This document shows positions 1 to 12,900 of a stretch of DNA of 64,000 bases, piece by piece (positions within the stretch are counted from its first letter, which is position 1; each line of letters opens with the position of its first letter). This DNA comes from Octopus bimaculoides (lineage: Eukaryota). The stretch is from positions 38,856,273 through 38,920,272 of the forward strand of contig NC_068986.1 in NCBI RefSeq assembly GCF_001194135.2, written 5' to 3'. The notes beneath the pieces are model-generated. The model ran no database searches and had not been told where the DNA came from. It worked only from the letters and a program-made list of their open reading frames with translations. The position numbers were made by a program, and so were the translations under genes.

Positions 1-90
1 TATATATATATATATATATATATATGAAGTTTATATATATATATATATATATATATGAAGTTTATATATATATATATAGTTTATATATAA
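1..90. repeat. (TA)n microsatellite interrupted by GAAGTT; many other (TA)n, (CA)n, (GA)n and (CAT)n tracts occur throughout the window
   Basis: Seen directly in the sequence. Confidence 0.95.
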
Positions 91-2192
91 ACTTTTTTGC
101 AGTTTTCTGCTTAGATTTATTGGTATTTTAATTAAAATGCTCAATAAACCATTATCTTGTAGAAGAGACATTAATGATTTGAGTTCACATATATTTTAAC
201 CAACCCATGTAGTTAGTGTTCCATTATATTTTGTTTTATATACAATCTATTAATTCTTAGAAGGCAATTAGCTCAGATTTCAGCCAAGCATATTTCTGTA
301 TTAGAAACATGATGGATGACAGTCAAAACTGACTAAAGAAAAAAAAACGAAATATTTGACTCGGTGTTGGAAAATGAAGTATATGTTATACTTAACAATC
401 TACCATTCCCATTTGTTATCGACCATTACAATTATCAACCACTATTCTCTTTAGAGAATACTTCATTCATTTCCTTTCAGGATAGACCTCTCATCATAGG
501 ATTGTTGTTGAATTATATCCCCCTGGAAGTCTTCTTAAATCCGGATCTGACTAATCTCACTTGTTGAACATTTCCTTATACTTTTTCCTAAAATGAGTCA
601 ACACATCCTTGACTTTCCCCCTGTTACTTCTGAAATAGCCTTTTGTAATAATATANNNNNNNNNNNNNNNNNNNNNNNNNNNNNNNNNNNNNNNNNNNNN
701 NNNNNNNNNNNNNNNNNNNNNNNNNNNNNNNNNNNNNNNNNNNNNNNNNNNNNNNNNNNNNNNNNNNNNNATATATATATATATATAGATATATAGATAT
801 ATTATAACAGAATTCTTATAAAAAGTTATTTGAGAGTTATAAAATACACAAACAAACATGTGTGTACATACACACATGCTGATAAATTTAGCATGTTATT
901 CTATATAATGAATATGAAATTACAATGCCTGACTATTGGCAATATTGTCAGAAGTTTATACTTAAATATAGTTGCTTTAGTGTAATGCTACACAAGTCAC
1001 ATTACACTATTTTGTCAGAACTAATAAATACTTTCAGCTATTTTGAGTGATTATGACTAATTTTTTTAGCATTTTGAATACTCTCTCAAATGTAATACTT
1101 ATTCATTGTTATTGTTTTGAATTAATCATGCTTTGCCACATAGCTTTGAGATTTTGATGATATGACTTTATTTTAGAATGACATTGTACAGTAGGGATAA
1201 GAGATTGAATTTAATGCTAAAAAGTTTAAAAAGGCATTAAATTGTTATTAATGATTAATTCAACTGCTTATATGCAAATGTCCTACTTCAATGAAGAAGA
1301 AAGCCATGACTTGGGAAGTTAGAGGTATAACATATATTATCATCACCATCATCATCATTTAGTGTCCATATTCCATGTTGGCATGGGTTGGATGGTTTGA
1401 CAGGATCCAATGGATCGAAGGGCTGCATCATCCTCCAGTGTCCATTTAGGTATAGTTTCTACAGCTGGATGACCTTCCTGATGCCAACCAATTTACAGTG
1501 TTTAGTGGGTGCTCTTTTCATACCACCAACATTATTGAGGTTACCATGCAGTTTGCAAGACTCCAAATCCAAAGGGAGAAAGGGAGTCAGCTTTAAGCTA
1601 GGAGATAAGGGATGAGTGTATGGGAGGAGTGGAAAGTGTGGTGTGACAGAACTGGTTCCTGTAGTGAAAGTAGAAAGCAATAAATATTGGAGCTGGGGTG
1701 TCCTGATGGCTTGAGTAGAAGGGGAGAGTTCACAAAATTGTATGGGGAGCAGGGGATAGAGGAATGAGAGAAGGTCAATGAGTCAAGCAGCTAGCAGTAA
1801 AGATTGGATGTGGCTGAATGGTGGAGGTAGGAAGTGATGGTTGACCAGCTGGGGAAGATAAAGAAATGCAGAAGAGAGCAGGCAGGGAGCAGAATAGTAA
1901 TGATGACACAGTTGACTGGAGGAGGACATGAGAGAGGGATGGTATAGTTGGGTAGGGAGGCAGGCATAGTAGTTGATGAGAATTTGGTTCAGGGTGTGGA
2001 GTGAATCAATGTAACATGGATGGAAAGAACAGTAATAATTGATGAGAGTTTCTATCTTTTTTTTTTATCTTTTACTTGTTTCAGTCATTTCCCTGTGGCC
2101 ATGCTGGGGGATGCCTTGAAGAACTCAGTCAAATGTAAAGCTTGGTACTTTTACTGACTGGCTCTTATGTATATATATATACATGCATATAT

Positions 2193-2871
2193 GGACGTCA
2201 CTAACAGTTCAAACAACATGAAATATGGAAACAAATGAGTTAAATACGTAAACAACAAGAAAAAATGAAAAACAGGACAAGTAAATACAGAGAAAGGACC
2301 CTTCATCAGTTGTCAGTTGTCTATCTACTCTTCATTTTGAGCATTCAGTGACAATATGAGTCTTCAAAGACAGTTGCTCCCATAAATTCTAAAATAAAAT
2401 TTAGGATTTATAGCGGGTCAAAGTTGGGAACAAAAACATGACAATGGAGACATACAAGGAAACCAAGCGAAAACAAACATGGAGGGTCATTAGACCAGAA
2501 TGAGAGGAAAATAGTGAATGCTGGAGGAAACATTTTTTTTGAAAAGAGAATAGATAGAAGAAAGAGAGAAAAAAACATGGACGATGGTCATGTGTAAGTA
2601 ATGAGAGAGAGAGAGAGAGAGAGGAAAGAGAAAGGGGGGAGAGACAGACAGATAGAAAACGGTGAAGGAGGGAGGGGGAGGACCCTCCATAAATCCTAAA
2701 TTCTTTTTAGAATTTATGGAAGACTCATATTGTTGTTGAATACTCGAAATGAGGAGTAGATAGACAGCCAACAACTGATAAAGAGTCTTTTCTCTGTGTA
2801 TACTTGTCCTGTTTACGTATTTAACTCATTTGTTTAGGCATTTCATGTTGTTTGCAGCATTGGTGATGTCC
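2193..2871. repeat. Long imperfect inverted repeat (foldback/MITE-like)
   Basis: 2193-2412 is the reverse complement of 2688-2871, apart from two deletions in the right arm, around a purine-rich spacer of about 275 bp. Confidence 0.85.
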
Positions 2872-2944
2872 TGTCCCCATATGTGCAAGTACATATATAT
2901 ATATTATATATTGTTTAATTGAACATGACTCATCCACTTCCAAG

Positions 2945-2983
<39 letters not shown>

Positions 2984-3364
2984 AGAGAGACAATAACCGA
3001 TGTGTTTAAAGCTATACACACAAACTTAGCTTGCATTTATTTATGATATGTTAAAACTTGTATAACAAAACTTAAAGTTAATTATGGATATGACAATACC
3101 ACAATTACTAGTTGAAGAAAGTAGACATTAGGACATATTTGGATTTTTTATATAGCTATGATAAATATTTGTTCTCTGATATAGAGATCAATGACCTAGT
3201 GTAATATTAATTACTGCACAATCTGTACATCTTCATTTGCAAATACTTCTACAGTTGATGCTGCTCTCCTGATGTGTTCAATATCAATCCCACGTCTTTT
3301 TTTCCCGACTTTCCATACTAGGTGCAGGCATATTTGTGTGGCTAAGAAGTTTGCTTCCTATCTA

Positions 3365-4050
3365 CATCATCATTATCATCATTGTCATTTAATATCCGCT
3401 TTCCATGCTGGCATGGGTTGGACGGTTTGACTTGAGGTCTGGCAAGCTAGAAGGCTGTACCAGGCTCCAATCCAATCTGCCAAAGTTTCTACAGCTGGAT
3501 ACCCTTCCTAATGCCAACCACTCTGAGAGTGTAGTGAATGATTTTTACATGCCACCGGCATGAGGGCCAGTCAGGCGGTGCTGGCATCAACCACACTTGA
3601 ATGGTGCTTTTAACATACCACTGGCACAGGTGCCAATCAGGCAGTACTGTCATCGGCCACAACAACAATTTTAATTGCTTCAACAGGTCTTTGCAAGCGC
3701 AGTTTATTGCCCAATGATTGAAGAATACTCTTAAATGGGCTGGTTATGCTGCACTGGCATAGGCCACGGTTACAGTCTCACTTGGCTTGTCGGGTCTTCT
3801 CAAGCACAACATATCTCCAAAGGTCTCGGTTACTTGTCATTGCCTCGGTGAGGCCTAATATTCGAAGGTCATGCTTCACCACTTCATCCCAGGTCTTCCT
3901 GGGTCTGCCTCTTCCACAGGTTCCCTCAACTGCTAGGGTGTGACACTTTTTCACACAGCTGTCCTCATCTATTCACAGTACATGACCATACCAGTGCAGT
4001 CGTCTCTCTTGCACACCACACTTGATGCTTCTTAAGTCCAACTTTTCTCT
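3365..4050 (-). mobile_element. RTE LINE 3' fragment
   Basis: (CAT)n start, the same UTR as the 39-kb copy, and reverse-strand ORF2 end motifs (RGRPRKTW, RLHWYGH). Confidence 0.85.
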
Positions 4051-4510
4051 CGTGGTTATTTTTGAAAACTTCACCCAAAAAATCTGAAAGCATAGCATGT
4101 GTTTTATCTGTATGAAAAGATAGTCACTCTTCTGCTACTCATTGAAAAGTGCAAGAAATTGGAATATGATGATTACTTAATGCACTTTATATACTTTATG
4201 CACAATTTTATAGACTTAATACACAGTACTCATAAAATAAATATTCACCCTTATTTTTCCAGTTTTCCCATAAACACACAAAAAATCCCATACATATGAT
4301 ACAACCTTTAGTTAAATTGCATATATCTGCCACGTTAAATAAGCTTCAATATTTTACGGAATTGCATTTATGCGCATGAATTAAGTGATAGGCGATATAA
4401 AAAACTTGGTTCAATTTTTAAAAAACTACACTTTTCACTATCCAATCACCACTACTTCCACCACCACCATCATCATCTCACTCTCCCTCTCTCTAACAGA
4501 ACGTTACCAC

Positions 4511-4900
4511 TCTCTTTTACTCTTTTACTTGTTTCAGTCATTTGACTGTGGCCATGCTGGAGCACCGCCTTTAGTCGAGCAAATCGACCCCAGGACTTAT
4601 TCTTTGGAAGCCTAGTACTTATTCTATTGATCTCTTTTACCGAACTGCTAAGTTACTGCGACGTAAACACACCAGTATTGGTTGTCAAGCGATGTTGGAG
4701 GGACAAACACAGACACACAAACATATACACACATACATATATATACATATATACGATAGGCTTCTTTCAGTTTCCGTCTACCAAATTCACTCACAAGGCT
4801 ATAGTAGAAGACACTTGCCCAATGTGCCACACAGTGGGACTGAACCCAGAACCATGTGGTTGGTAAGCAAGCTACTTACCACACAGCCACTCCTACGCCT
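4511..4900 (-). mobile_element. tRNA-derived CORE-like SINE (octopus OR-type family)
   Basis: The reverse strand has a tRNA-like head (GTGGCTGTGTGGTAAG...GGGTTCAGTCCC) and a TTGGGCAAGTGTCTTC core. Further copies lie near 9010-9232, 14820-14990, 51010-51260, 57900-58400 and 62480-62870. Confidence 0.75.
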
Positions 4901-5219
4901 ATGTTAAAATTATATTTTTAACTCTCTTTCTCTGCCTTCAACTAACTTTTACAATCACGTAATATATATTATGTTCCCCCACCTCACATCATGGATGCTT
5001 CTTTCTCCTTCTTTCTGTTTCACTCTTCACCTTATCCTCTTTTTTTCTTTCTCCTCTCTTTCCTTTCAACTAATCATGCAAAAGTGTTACAATTGCATTC
5101 CCTCTACCTCACATAATGAGTGCTTCTCTCTCTCCTTCTTCTTTTCTAATCACGTGAAAGCATTATCGACAGGCTAAGAGGAACACAATGACAAGCAGAA
5201 TTATAAGATTAAGGCTATG

Positions 5220-5455
5220 AGCTGGCTGAATCATTAGCATGCTGGATGAAATGCTTAGCAGTATTTTATCTGTCGTTACGTTCTGAGTTCAAATTTCATC
5301 AAGGTCGATTTTGCCTTTCATCCTTTCAGGGTTGATGAATTAAGTACCATCCAGTCAAGTACTGGATTCGATGTGATCAATTGCTCCCCTCCCCACAAAA
5401 ATCCAAGCCTTGTGCCAATGGTAGAAAGGATTATTATTATTATTATTATTATTAT
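5220..5455 (+). mobile_element. tRNA-derived SINE with GCCTTTCATCCTTTC central domain and (ATT)n tail
   Basis: A/B-box-like head (GGCTGAATCATTAG; GAGTTCAAAT). Related copies lie at 6782-7110 and 9680-9810. Confidence 0.75.
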
Positions 5456-5756
5456 TCAGTAGTTTTATTTTTATAACGTGCTTTCACTTCACTACCGAGC
5501 GCAGCTCTGTGCGCCTTGGGTATGTGCTGTGGTTTGCTGTGGTGCTCTTATGTTTACTGTATTGAAAGTGTTTTGCGTAGAATGTGTGCAGTACCCAGTA
5601 GTGCAATTTTCTGTATGTTATATATATTTGTAAGTCCTGGTGTTTTTGTTATGTATTTGTCTGAATATTTTTTTATTATACCTAAGGCACCTACTATGAT
5701 AGGAATTGTTTCTGTTTTTAGATTCCACATTCGAGTTATCTCTATTTCCAGGTCTT
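5456..5756 (-). mobile_element. R4/Dong-like (restriction-like endonuclease) non-LTR retrotransposon 3' end
   Basis: The reverse strand reads DLEIEITRMWNLKTETIPIIVGALGIIKK...IQKIALLGTAHILRKTLSIQ*, intact up to the gap, and ends in (TAA)n. Confidence 0.8.
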
Positions 5757-5989
5757 NNNNNNNNNNNNNNNNNNNNNNNNNNNNNNNNNNNNNNNNNNNN
5801 NNNNNNNNNNNNNNNNNNNNNNNNNNNNNNNNNNNNNNNNNNNNNNNNNNNNNNNNNNNNNNNNNNNNNNNNNNNNNNNNNNNNNNNNNNNNNNNNNNNN
5901 NNNNNNNNNNNNNNNNNNNNNNNNNNNNNNNNNNNNNNNNNNNNNNNNNNNNNNNNNNNNNNNNNNNNNNNNNNNNNNNNNNTACTACC

Positions 5990-6360
5990 TGTCATCATCA
6001 TCATCATCATCGTTTAACGTCCGCTTTCCATGCTAGCATGGGTTGGACGATTTGACTGAGGACTGGTGAAACCGGATGGCAACACCAGGCTCCAGTCTGA
6101 TTTGGCAGAGTTTCTACAGCTGGATGCCCTTCCTAACGCCAACCACTCAGAGAGTGTAGTGGGTGCTTTTACGTGTCACCCGCACGAAAACGGCCACGCT
6201 CGAAATGGTGTCTTTTATGTGCCACCCGCACAAGCCAGTCCAGGGGCACTGGCAACGATCTCGCTCGAAAATCCTACAGGAGCCAGTCAGGCGGTACTGG
6301 CAACGGCCACGCTCAAAATGGTGCATCTCATGTGCCACCCGCACAAGAACCAGTCCTGTA
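5990..6360 (-). mobile_element. Young RTE LINE 3' UTR copy
   Basis: Near-exact reverse complement of 47830-48075. Confidence 0.85.
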
Positions 6361-6361
6361 A

Positions 6362-6640
6362 CCTTAGGTATCCACAAGCTTTCACTACTCTTTCAAGTGC
6401 TTAAGACTGACCCTCCTGGTAATCTTTCATGTCCCTAAGAGGCAAACTTTCTATAGAAGCTCTGTAGGACATTCTATTCCAACCTCCTTCAACCATTTCT
6501 CTGTATCTATACTTACAGTTCCCATCACACCAATTATTACAGGCACATCTTTTACATTTTTCATACTCCAAATTCTTGCAATTTCAAATTTTGGGGGATT
6601 GCATTTTCTTTTGTTTTCCATCTTCTTTCTTTACAATCTT
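6362..6640 (-). mobile_element. Degenerate RLE-type (R4/Dong-like) LINE 3' end
   Basis: The reverse strand reads WSMKNVKDVPVIIGVMGTVS...ELL*KVCLLGT*KITRRV. Confidence 0.65.
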
Positions 6641-9600
6641 GGAATCAAACAGACATAATGGCTCGATTATTATTGTTGTTGTTGCTGTTATTATCATCAT
6701 CATCATCCTCGTCGTCGTCGTCGTCGTCGTCTTCATCATCATCATCATCATGGTGATGATGATGATGATGATGATGATGCAGCAAGCTGGCAGAATTGTT
6801 AGCATGCTAGACAAAATGGTTAGTAATATTTCGCCCGTCATTATGTTCTAAGCTCTAAACCCACCAAGGTCAGCTTTACCTTTCATTAAGCCGACAGAAT
6901 CGTTAGCATGCTGGTTGAAATACTAGGCAATATTTTGCCTGTCACTACATTCTGAGTTCAAATTCCGCAGAGGTCAACTTTGCCTTTCATTCTTTCGGGA
7001 TTGATCAATTAAGTACCAGTGAAACACTGGGGGCGATGAAATCAACTAGTCCCCTCTCCCCAAATTTCAGGCCTTGTGCCAATAGTAGAAAAGATCATTA
7101 TTATTATTAACATTATTATAACAAAAGACACTTGCTGAAAATGCCACACAGTGAGGCTGAAATTTTTTAACCACATTACCATGCCAGCAACATAATGACA
7201 GAATACATAATAAAGCTGGCCATTTGAATTATTACTGACAGGCTTTCACAGTTTCCCTCTACACAGTTGCACTCACATGGCTCAAGTTGACCTGAGGTCA
7301 TGAAGTGGGATTAAATCTAGACCTCACGAGCATCCACTATTTAACCGCACTGGCATACACAAGCACACTCATTTCGGTCTCGATATGTGTGGCTGAGTTT
7401 ATGCAATCAAAGCTGATTATTTACTGTCAGTGCATTGAATTCTCTGAATTTCTTGCCTTTATGCATTCATTCATTTATGTGTTTGTTCCTTGAATAAATC
7501 ATGAAGGTAACAAGCTTCAAGTATAGATTATAATAGTAAATTATTAGCTTTGAATGAATAACGATGTGTATGTATGTGGAGTACGTGAGTACGTGTAAGG
7601 GAGAGGCATGTGTATTGCAGTGGAATAGAACTTTAATAACTGAATAACACTACTAAATTCATCAAGTTCTTGTCATTTGTCTATACAAAATTATATTTGA
7701 GTGTGTATTATTATGGCTTCACACTGGTATGAATTGTGCAGGCTCAGCTTTGAATGAATAATGTTATATAATGTTATATGCGCTATGAAGCACATGTAAC
7801 CAAAATTCAGGTTCAATAGTACATCCTGCACTCCACTCCTTAACCCAATGTAATACATACAATGTGGGGATCAAAAGAAACAAGCCATGTAATAGTATAA
7901 TAATAAAATACAGAAAGCATATATGGTATTTTATGCCTTATAACACAAACACATGTTTCTTTAAACTAACTGCCAAGTTTACATAATTGCTTGATGAAAC
8001 ATATATAATCTTGATATATCTCTTCAATGCTTAGCATCAAATTTCTGCATTTTATCAATACTGTTTGTGTGCATGTATATATATNNNNNNNNNNNNNNNN
8101 NNNNNNNNNNNNNNNNNNNNNNNNNNNNNNNNNNNNNNNNNNNNNNNNNNNNNNNNNNNNNNNNNNNNNNNNNNNNNNNNNNNNNNNNNNNNNNNNNNNN
8201 NNNNNNNNNNNNNNNNNNNNNNNNNNNNNNNNNNNNNNNNNNNNNNNNNNNNNNNNNNNNNNNNNNNNNNNNNNNNNNNNNNNNNNNNNNNNNNNNNNNN
8301 NNNNNNNNNNNNNNNNNNNNNNNNNNNNNNNNNNNNNNNNNNNNNNNNNNNNNNNNNNNNNNNNNNNNNNNNNNNNNNNNNNNNNNNNNNNNNNNNNNNN
8401 NNNNNNNNNNNNNNNNNNNNNNNNNNNNNNNNNNNNNNNNNNNNNNNNNNNNNNNNNNNNNNNNNNNNNNNNNNNNNNNNNNNNNNNNNNNNNNNNNNNN
8501 NNNNNNNNNNNNNNNNNNNNNNNNNNNNNNNNNNNNNNNNNNNNNNNNNNNNNNNNNNNNNNNNNNNNNNNNNNNNNNNNNNNNNNNNNNNNNNNNNNNN
8601 NNNNNNNNNNNNNNNNNNNNNNNNNNNNNNNNNNNNNNNNNNNNNNNNNNNNNNNNNNNNNNNNNNNNNNNNNNNNNNNNNNNNNNNNNNNNNNNNNNNN
8701 NNNNNNNNNNNNNNNNNNNNNNNNNNNNNNNNNNNNNNNNNNNNNNNNNNNNNNNNNNNNNNNNNNNNNNNNNNNNNNNNNNNNNNNNNNNNNNNNNNNN
8801 NNNNNNNNNNNNNNNNNNNNNNNNNNNNNNNNNNNNNCGTCGTCTTCATCATCATCATCATCATCATCATCATGGTGATGATGATGATGATGCAGCAAGC
8901 TGGCAGAATTGTTAGCATGCTAGACAAAATGGTTAGTAATATTTCGCCCGTCATTATGTTCTGAGCTCTAAACCCACCAAGGTCAGCTTTACCTTTCATT
9001 AAGCCGACAACACACCATCGGTTGTCAAACGATGTTTGGGCGGGGGGGCAGACACACATACACATATACAGCGGACTTCTTTTAGTTTCCGTCTACCAAA
9101 TCCACTCACAAGGCTTTGGTCAACCCGAGGCTATAGTAGAAGACACTTGCCCAAGGTGCCACGAAGTGGGACTGAACCAGAAACCATGTGGTTGGTAAGC
9201 AAGCTACTTACCACACAGCCACTCCTGCACCTATATATATATTATGCAAAACATGTCAAGCTGTGGAAAAATATTACCTTACTTGTAGGTAGCAACAGGA
9301 AGGGCACCCAGCCATAGAAAATCTGCATCAACAGGTTCCTTCCAATCCATGCAAGCATGGATGGCAAGGAAAGGTGCAAAAATAGTGAAGTAAAAACTCT
9401 CTCTCTTTCTCAGTGGGCTTGCAATGATCTAGTGAGTGGGTACCATTCAAAGGTGTGTGTTAATTTAGCAGATCATAATATTATATGTCAGTTGTATGTC
9501 TAACATATGGAGAGATTTTGTTAAAATAGCTATCAAAAATGTTTGTCTTGATGCTATAAACAATTGAGTGAAATGATCTTAAACATTTAGCATCTGCTAT

Positions 9601-9883
9601 TTCCAAAGTTAGATAACAATTATGAAAAATTGCCATTTTTTTGCTGCCTCCGTAGCAACAAAGATATTTTGTTATGGTGATTGCAGTTATGTGCCTTTAT
9701 AGTCATGAGTTCAAATCCCACTGAAGTTGACTTTAGTTTTTCGTCTTTCCTGAATCAATAAAATAAAATACCATTCAAGCACTGGGTCAATTTAATCAAA
9801 TTGATTTCCTATGCTGTATCAATGTAAAACACAGGTAAAATTAGTTACTTAAAACAACTTGTGAAACTCATTTTATATTTCAG

Positions 9884-9987
9884 AATGGAGTAGAAGTTTA
9901 TAGTGAATATGTAAAAGAAGATCTTCCAGAAATTTTAGGAGATTTTTTAGGTGAACCAGTTCAAAATGCTGAAAATGCTAATATGAG
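9884..9987 (+). CDS. IPPK: IPPK exon (NGVEVYSEYVKEDLPEILGDFLGEPVQNAENANM)
   Basis: Acceptor ttttatatttcag, donor AG|gtgaat. Starts with NG, as follows the NNLKIFK motif in IPPK orthologues, and its phase matches the next exon. Confidence 0.8.
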
Positions 9988-12900
9988 GTGAATATTTATA
10001 TTTGTTTTTCTATGAATTATTTTATAAACTTGTTAACATTGTGCAGTATTTGAAAGGAATAAATACCAGAACAACATAACATTAACTGTTTATGAAACAG
10101 GACTAATTTTATTTTCAGAATAATCAAGATTTTAGATGAGCTTTGTAAAATATTTATAAGCACTACAAGATTATGTCCCAACACTTTGTTTTTTCTTTTG
10201 TTACATTAACAACCTGTTTACCATCATCTCTTCACAGTCTATTCCATGTAGATGATGGTATTCTTCACTTGTCATTAACATGTATACATAGGCAATTATT
10301 CATAGATAACCGTGACACCTCACATTCAGACCTGTGCTGCTTCCATAAACAGAGACCTTGAAAATACCTCCAGTGGAGACATGACAGTCTAGCACAATGA
10401 AACAACTCTGTTCATATTATGAAAATAATGTTGTACTTCATCCTCTCTAGTGTTGGACAAACAACAATTAAAATATAATTAGAGTTGCTGGTACACTATC
10501 CTTGATGCTGTGTTTGTTATAATCTGACTTTTCTTAACCACATCACATACATAATGGTGCAAAAGTTACACCCCAAAGACTAGCATTCCTGTACAGAACT
10601 AAAGGTCAAGTAAGACTCGCATCAACGTATTACTCTCACATTTGGGAACTTACTGAAGTTTCTAGCATGAGGTTTTAGCTGCTTTAATTTATTTTATTTT
10701 TAAAAGATTTTTACAACTGGACTCATATCTCTACCTCTATGTTGGTTTGAACTCCTGTGAGCAAAACAGTGTAAAATATGACCACTATAAAATGTTAATG
10801 GAAACTAATCTACAACAGTTATAAGGTGGCTTTGACATAGATCTATGTTAGCAATGATAGATATGACTATATAGCTATTTTAATCCTTTAGCATTTAAAA
10901 CCATATCTGGCCAAAATATTCTACCTGTTTTATGTTCAAATCAACTAGATCTTCGCCTCTCATACCTATGCATTAATGTTATTCTAAAAATAAGCAATCA
11001 TATCATTAAAATCTCAGAGCAACAAGGTAATGCATGATTAATTCAAAACAATGGGAATAAATAAATATTACATTTGATAGAGAAATCTGAATGCTAAAGG
11101 GTTAATTCAATTACTAATGAGTGCTTTATTCTTCTTTCAGTTGTTTAGATGTCTTTATTAACCTTGTTGTTGATGCCTTGCACTACCCAATGGATACATG
11201 TACTCCAGTACACTATATCTCACAGAAAAGCCAAAACCAATCTCAGCGGTGTCTTAATAGCAGTTACAGAAGTACACCAGACGAAGGTAAGTAACCAATG
11301 TTTTTCACTGACAAGTAATCACTAATTTTTGGTAAACTGTCAGTTAATTACTGTATTTTGTGGCATAGAAGACTTGGTTCATTTTATTAAAAAACAAACT
11401 TCAAAATTACCATGCATCTTCCATGATGCTAGTTGAGAAGTTGAACTCTGCTGCAGCTACACTATCCTTGCTGCTGTGTTTGTTTGTTTACCAATGGCAG
11501 TGGTGTGGCAAGACCATGTACTGTGAAACTGAAATGTTGACTTCTCGTCTCAATGAAGTGGAATTTGTTGCTTTTTCACACTTTAAGTTTCAAGAACTAC
11601 CAGGCCTTCACTGGTATCATAAAACATTTTCAGTCCTGTAAGACGAATGTATAAAGGAAACATAAACCAAATTGGCTACCACACTACTGATGTGATTTAC
11701 CAATGGGAGAAGCAGGAGGGAGAATTCAAAACAGCAAACAGATAAAGCATAATCTCCTTACAATACCAGCAACATGACCATGTTTAGTAGAAACTTAAAA
11801 ACATGAATATTAGACCAAAGAAACTTGGGGGTATGGTAAATATTTTATTTTCCTGAGCTGGTAAAAGGCATTCCATGGCTACCTTTTTTTAGTTCCCCAT
11901 CACCACTGTCACTGCTCTCAGCGGGCTTTGAAAAAATTTCATGAGCACAACCTTACCATCTCTGACAAAGCCATAACAAAACGTGAACAATGATTAATCT
12001 TTAGCTCACTGTAAGTGCATCATGTCACTGTATGAGTTTTCTCCCCTGTGATAACAGGACAGAGAAAATGCAGTGTATTAAAGGTTAAATCTTGAACTTG
12101 ATCATGTCCTCTTGTTTCTTAGTTAAGCAGTTTCTGTTCTTCTAAATACTGTTAAGTATAGGCATGTTGTAATGAGTTGAATAAATACACACTACATACA
12201 TATACTGTGACGTTCTGACTGCAGATACACTACACCTTTTGTATCATGTTGACTATAGGTACACTGTGACATGCTAAGGACACACTATGCTTGCTGTTGG
12301 CAAGCTACACATGCTGAGACATTAAGAACAAGCTATACTTGCTTTGTCAAGGGCTGATGGCTTAGTGGTTAGGGTGTTGCACTCATGATTGTGAGATCGT
12401 GGTTTCAGTTCTTGGACAGGTGGTACATTGAGCAAAAACGTTATCTCACATTGCTCTGCAATTATTTCAACACCTGACATGTGATACACCATGCACCTCT
12501 TCAATTAATATCAATTTGACGGAAGAAGAGAGAGCTAATGTACAACACATACATTTGATCACTATAAACAAATCATTTGTGCAGGCTACTCAGCAAGAAA
12601 TTGCAGAACCATCTTGGACTATGAGAGACAATCATCTTATTTGCTGTGATGTGTCAACTGTAAATGCTTTGCATTTGTTTTGACATTTTAAGATCACACT
12701 ACACTTGCTGTGAAATGTGAAGGATATGCTACATTTTCTGTGACATGTGAAAAGAACAATACCCTATGCTTGCTGTGGCATGTTAACTAAAGATACACTA
12801 CTCTTACTGTGATGAGCTGACAATGGGTATATTGTTCTTACTTTGTTGTGTATATGTCATTCTTCCTTTATGGTAACCCACAAAGGATACAACAGTTTTT

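Noticed and set aside
3211-3320. Protein-like reverse frame (KKRRGIDIEHIRRAASTVEVFANEDVQIVQ*) and a possible forward IPPK exon (DAALLMCSIS...)
   Set aside because: I recognise no homology, the splice sites are unconvincing, and the reverse frame runs into a SINE.
6055-6075. CTGAGGA-CTGGT-GAAAC in the antisense RTE tail as a possible minimal hammerhead
   Set aside because: There is no stem II closing pair and no stem III/NUH complement, and GAAA is lost in sister copies (48251, 54965).
7966-9065. Long ORFs made of X residues (also at 31616-32405, 49084-49654, 24299-24717, 5516-6055 and 557-877)
   Set aside because: They are open only because they cross N gaps, and the flanks are microsatellites or repeats.
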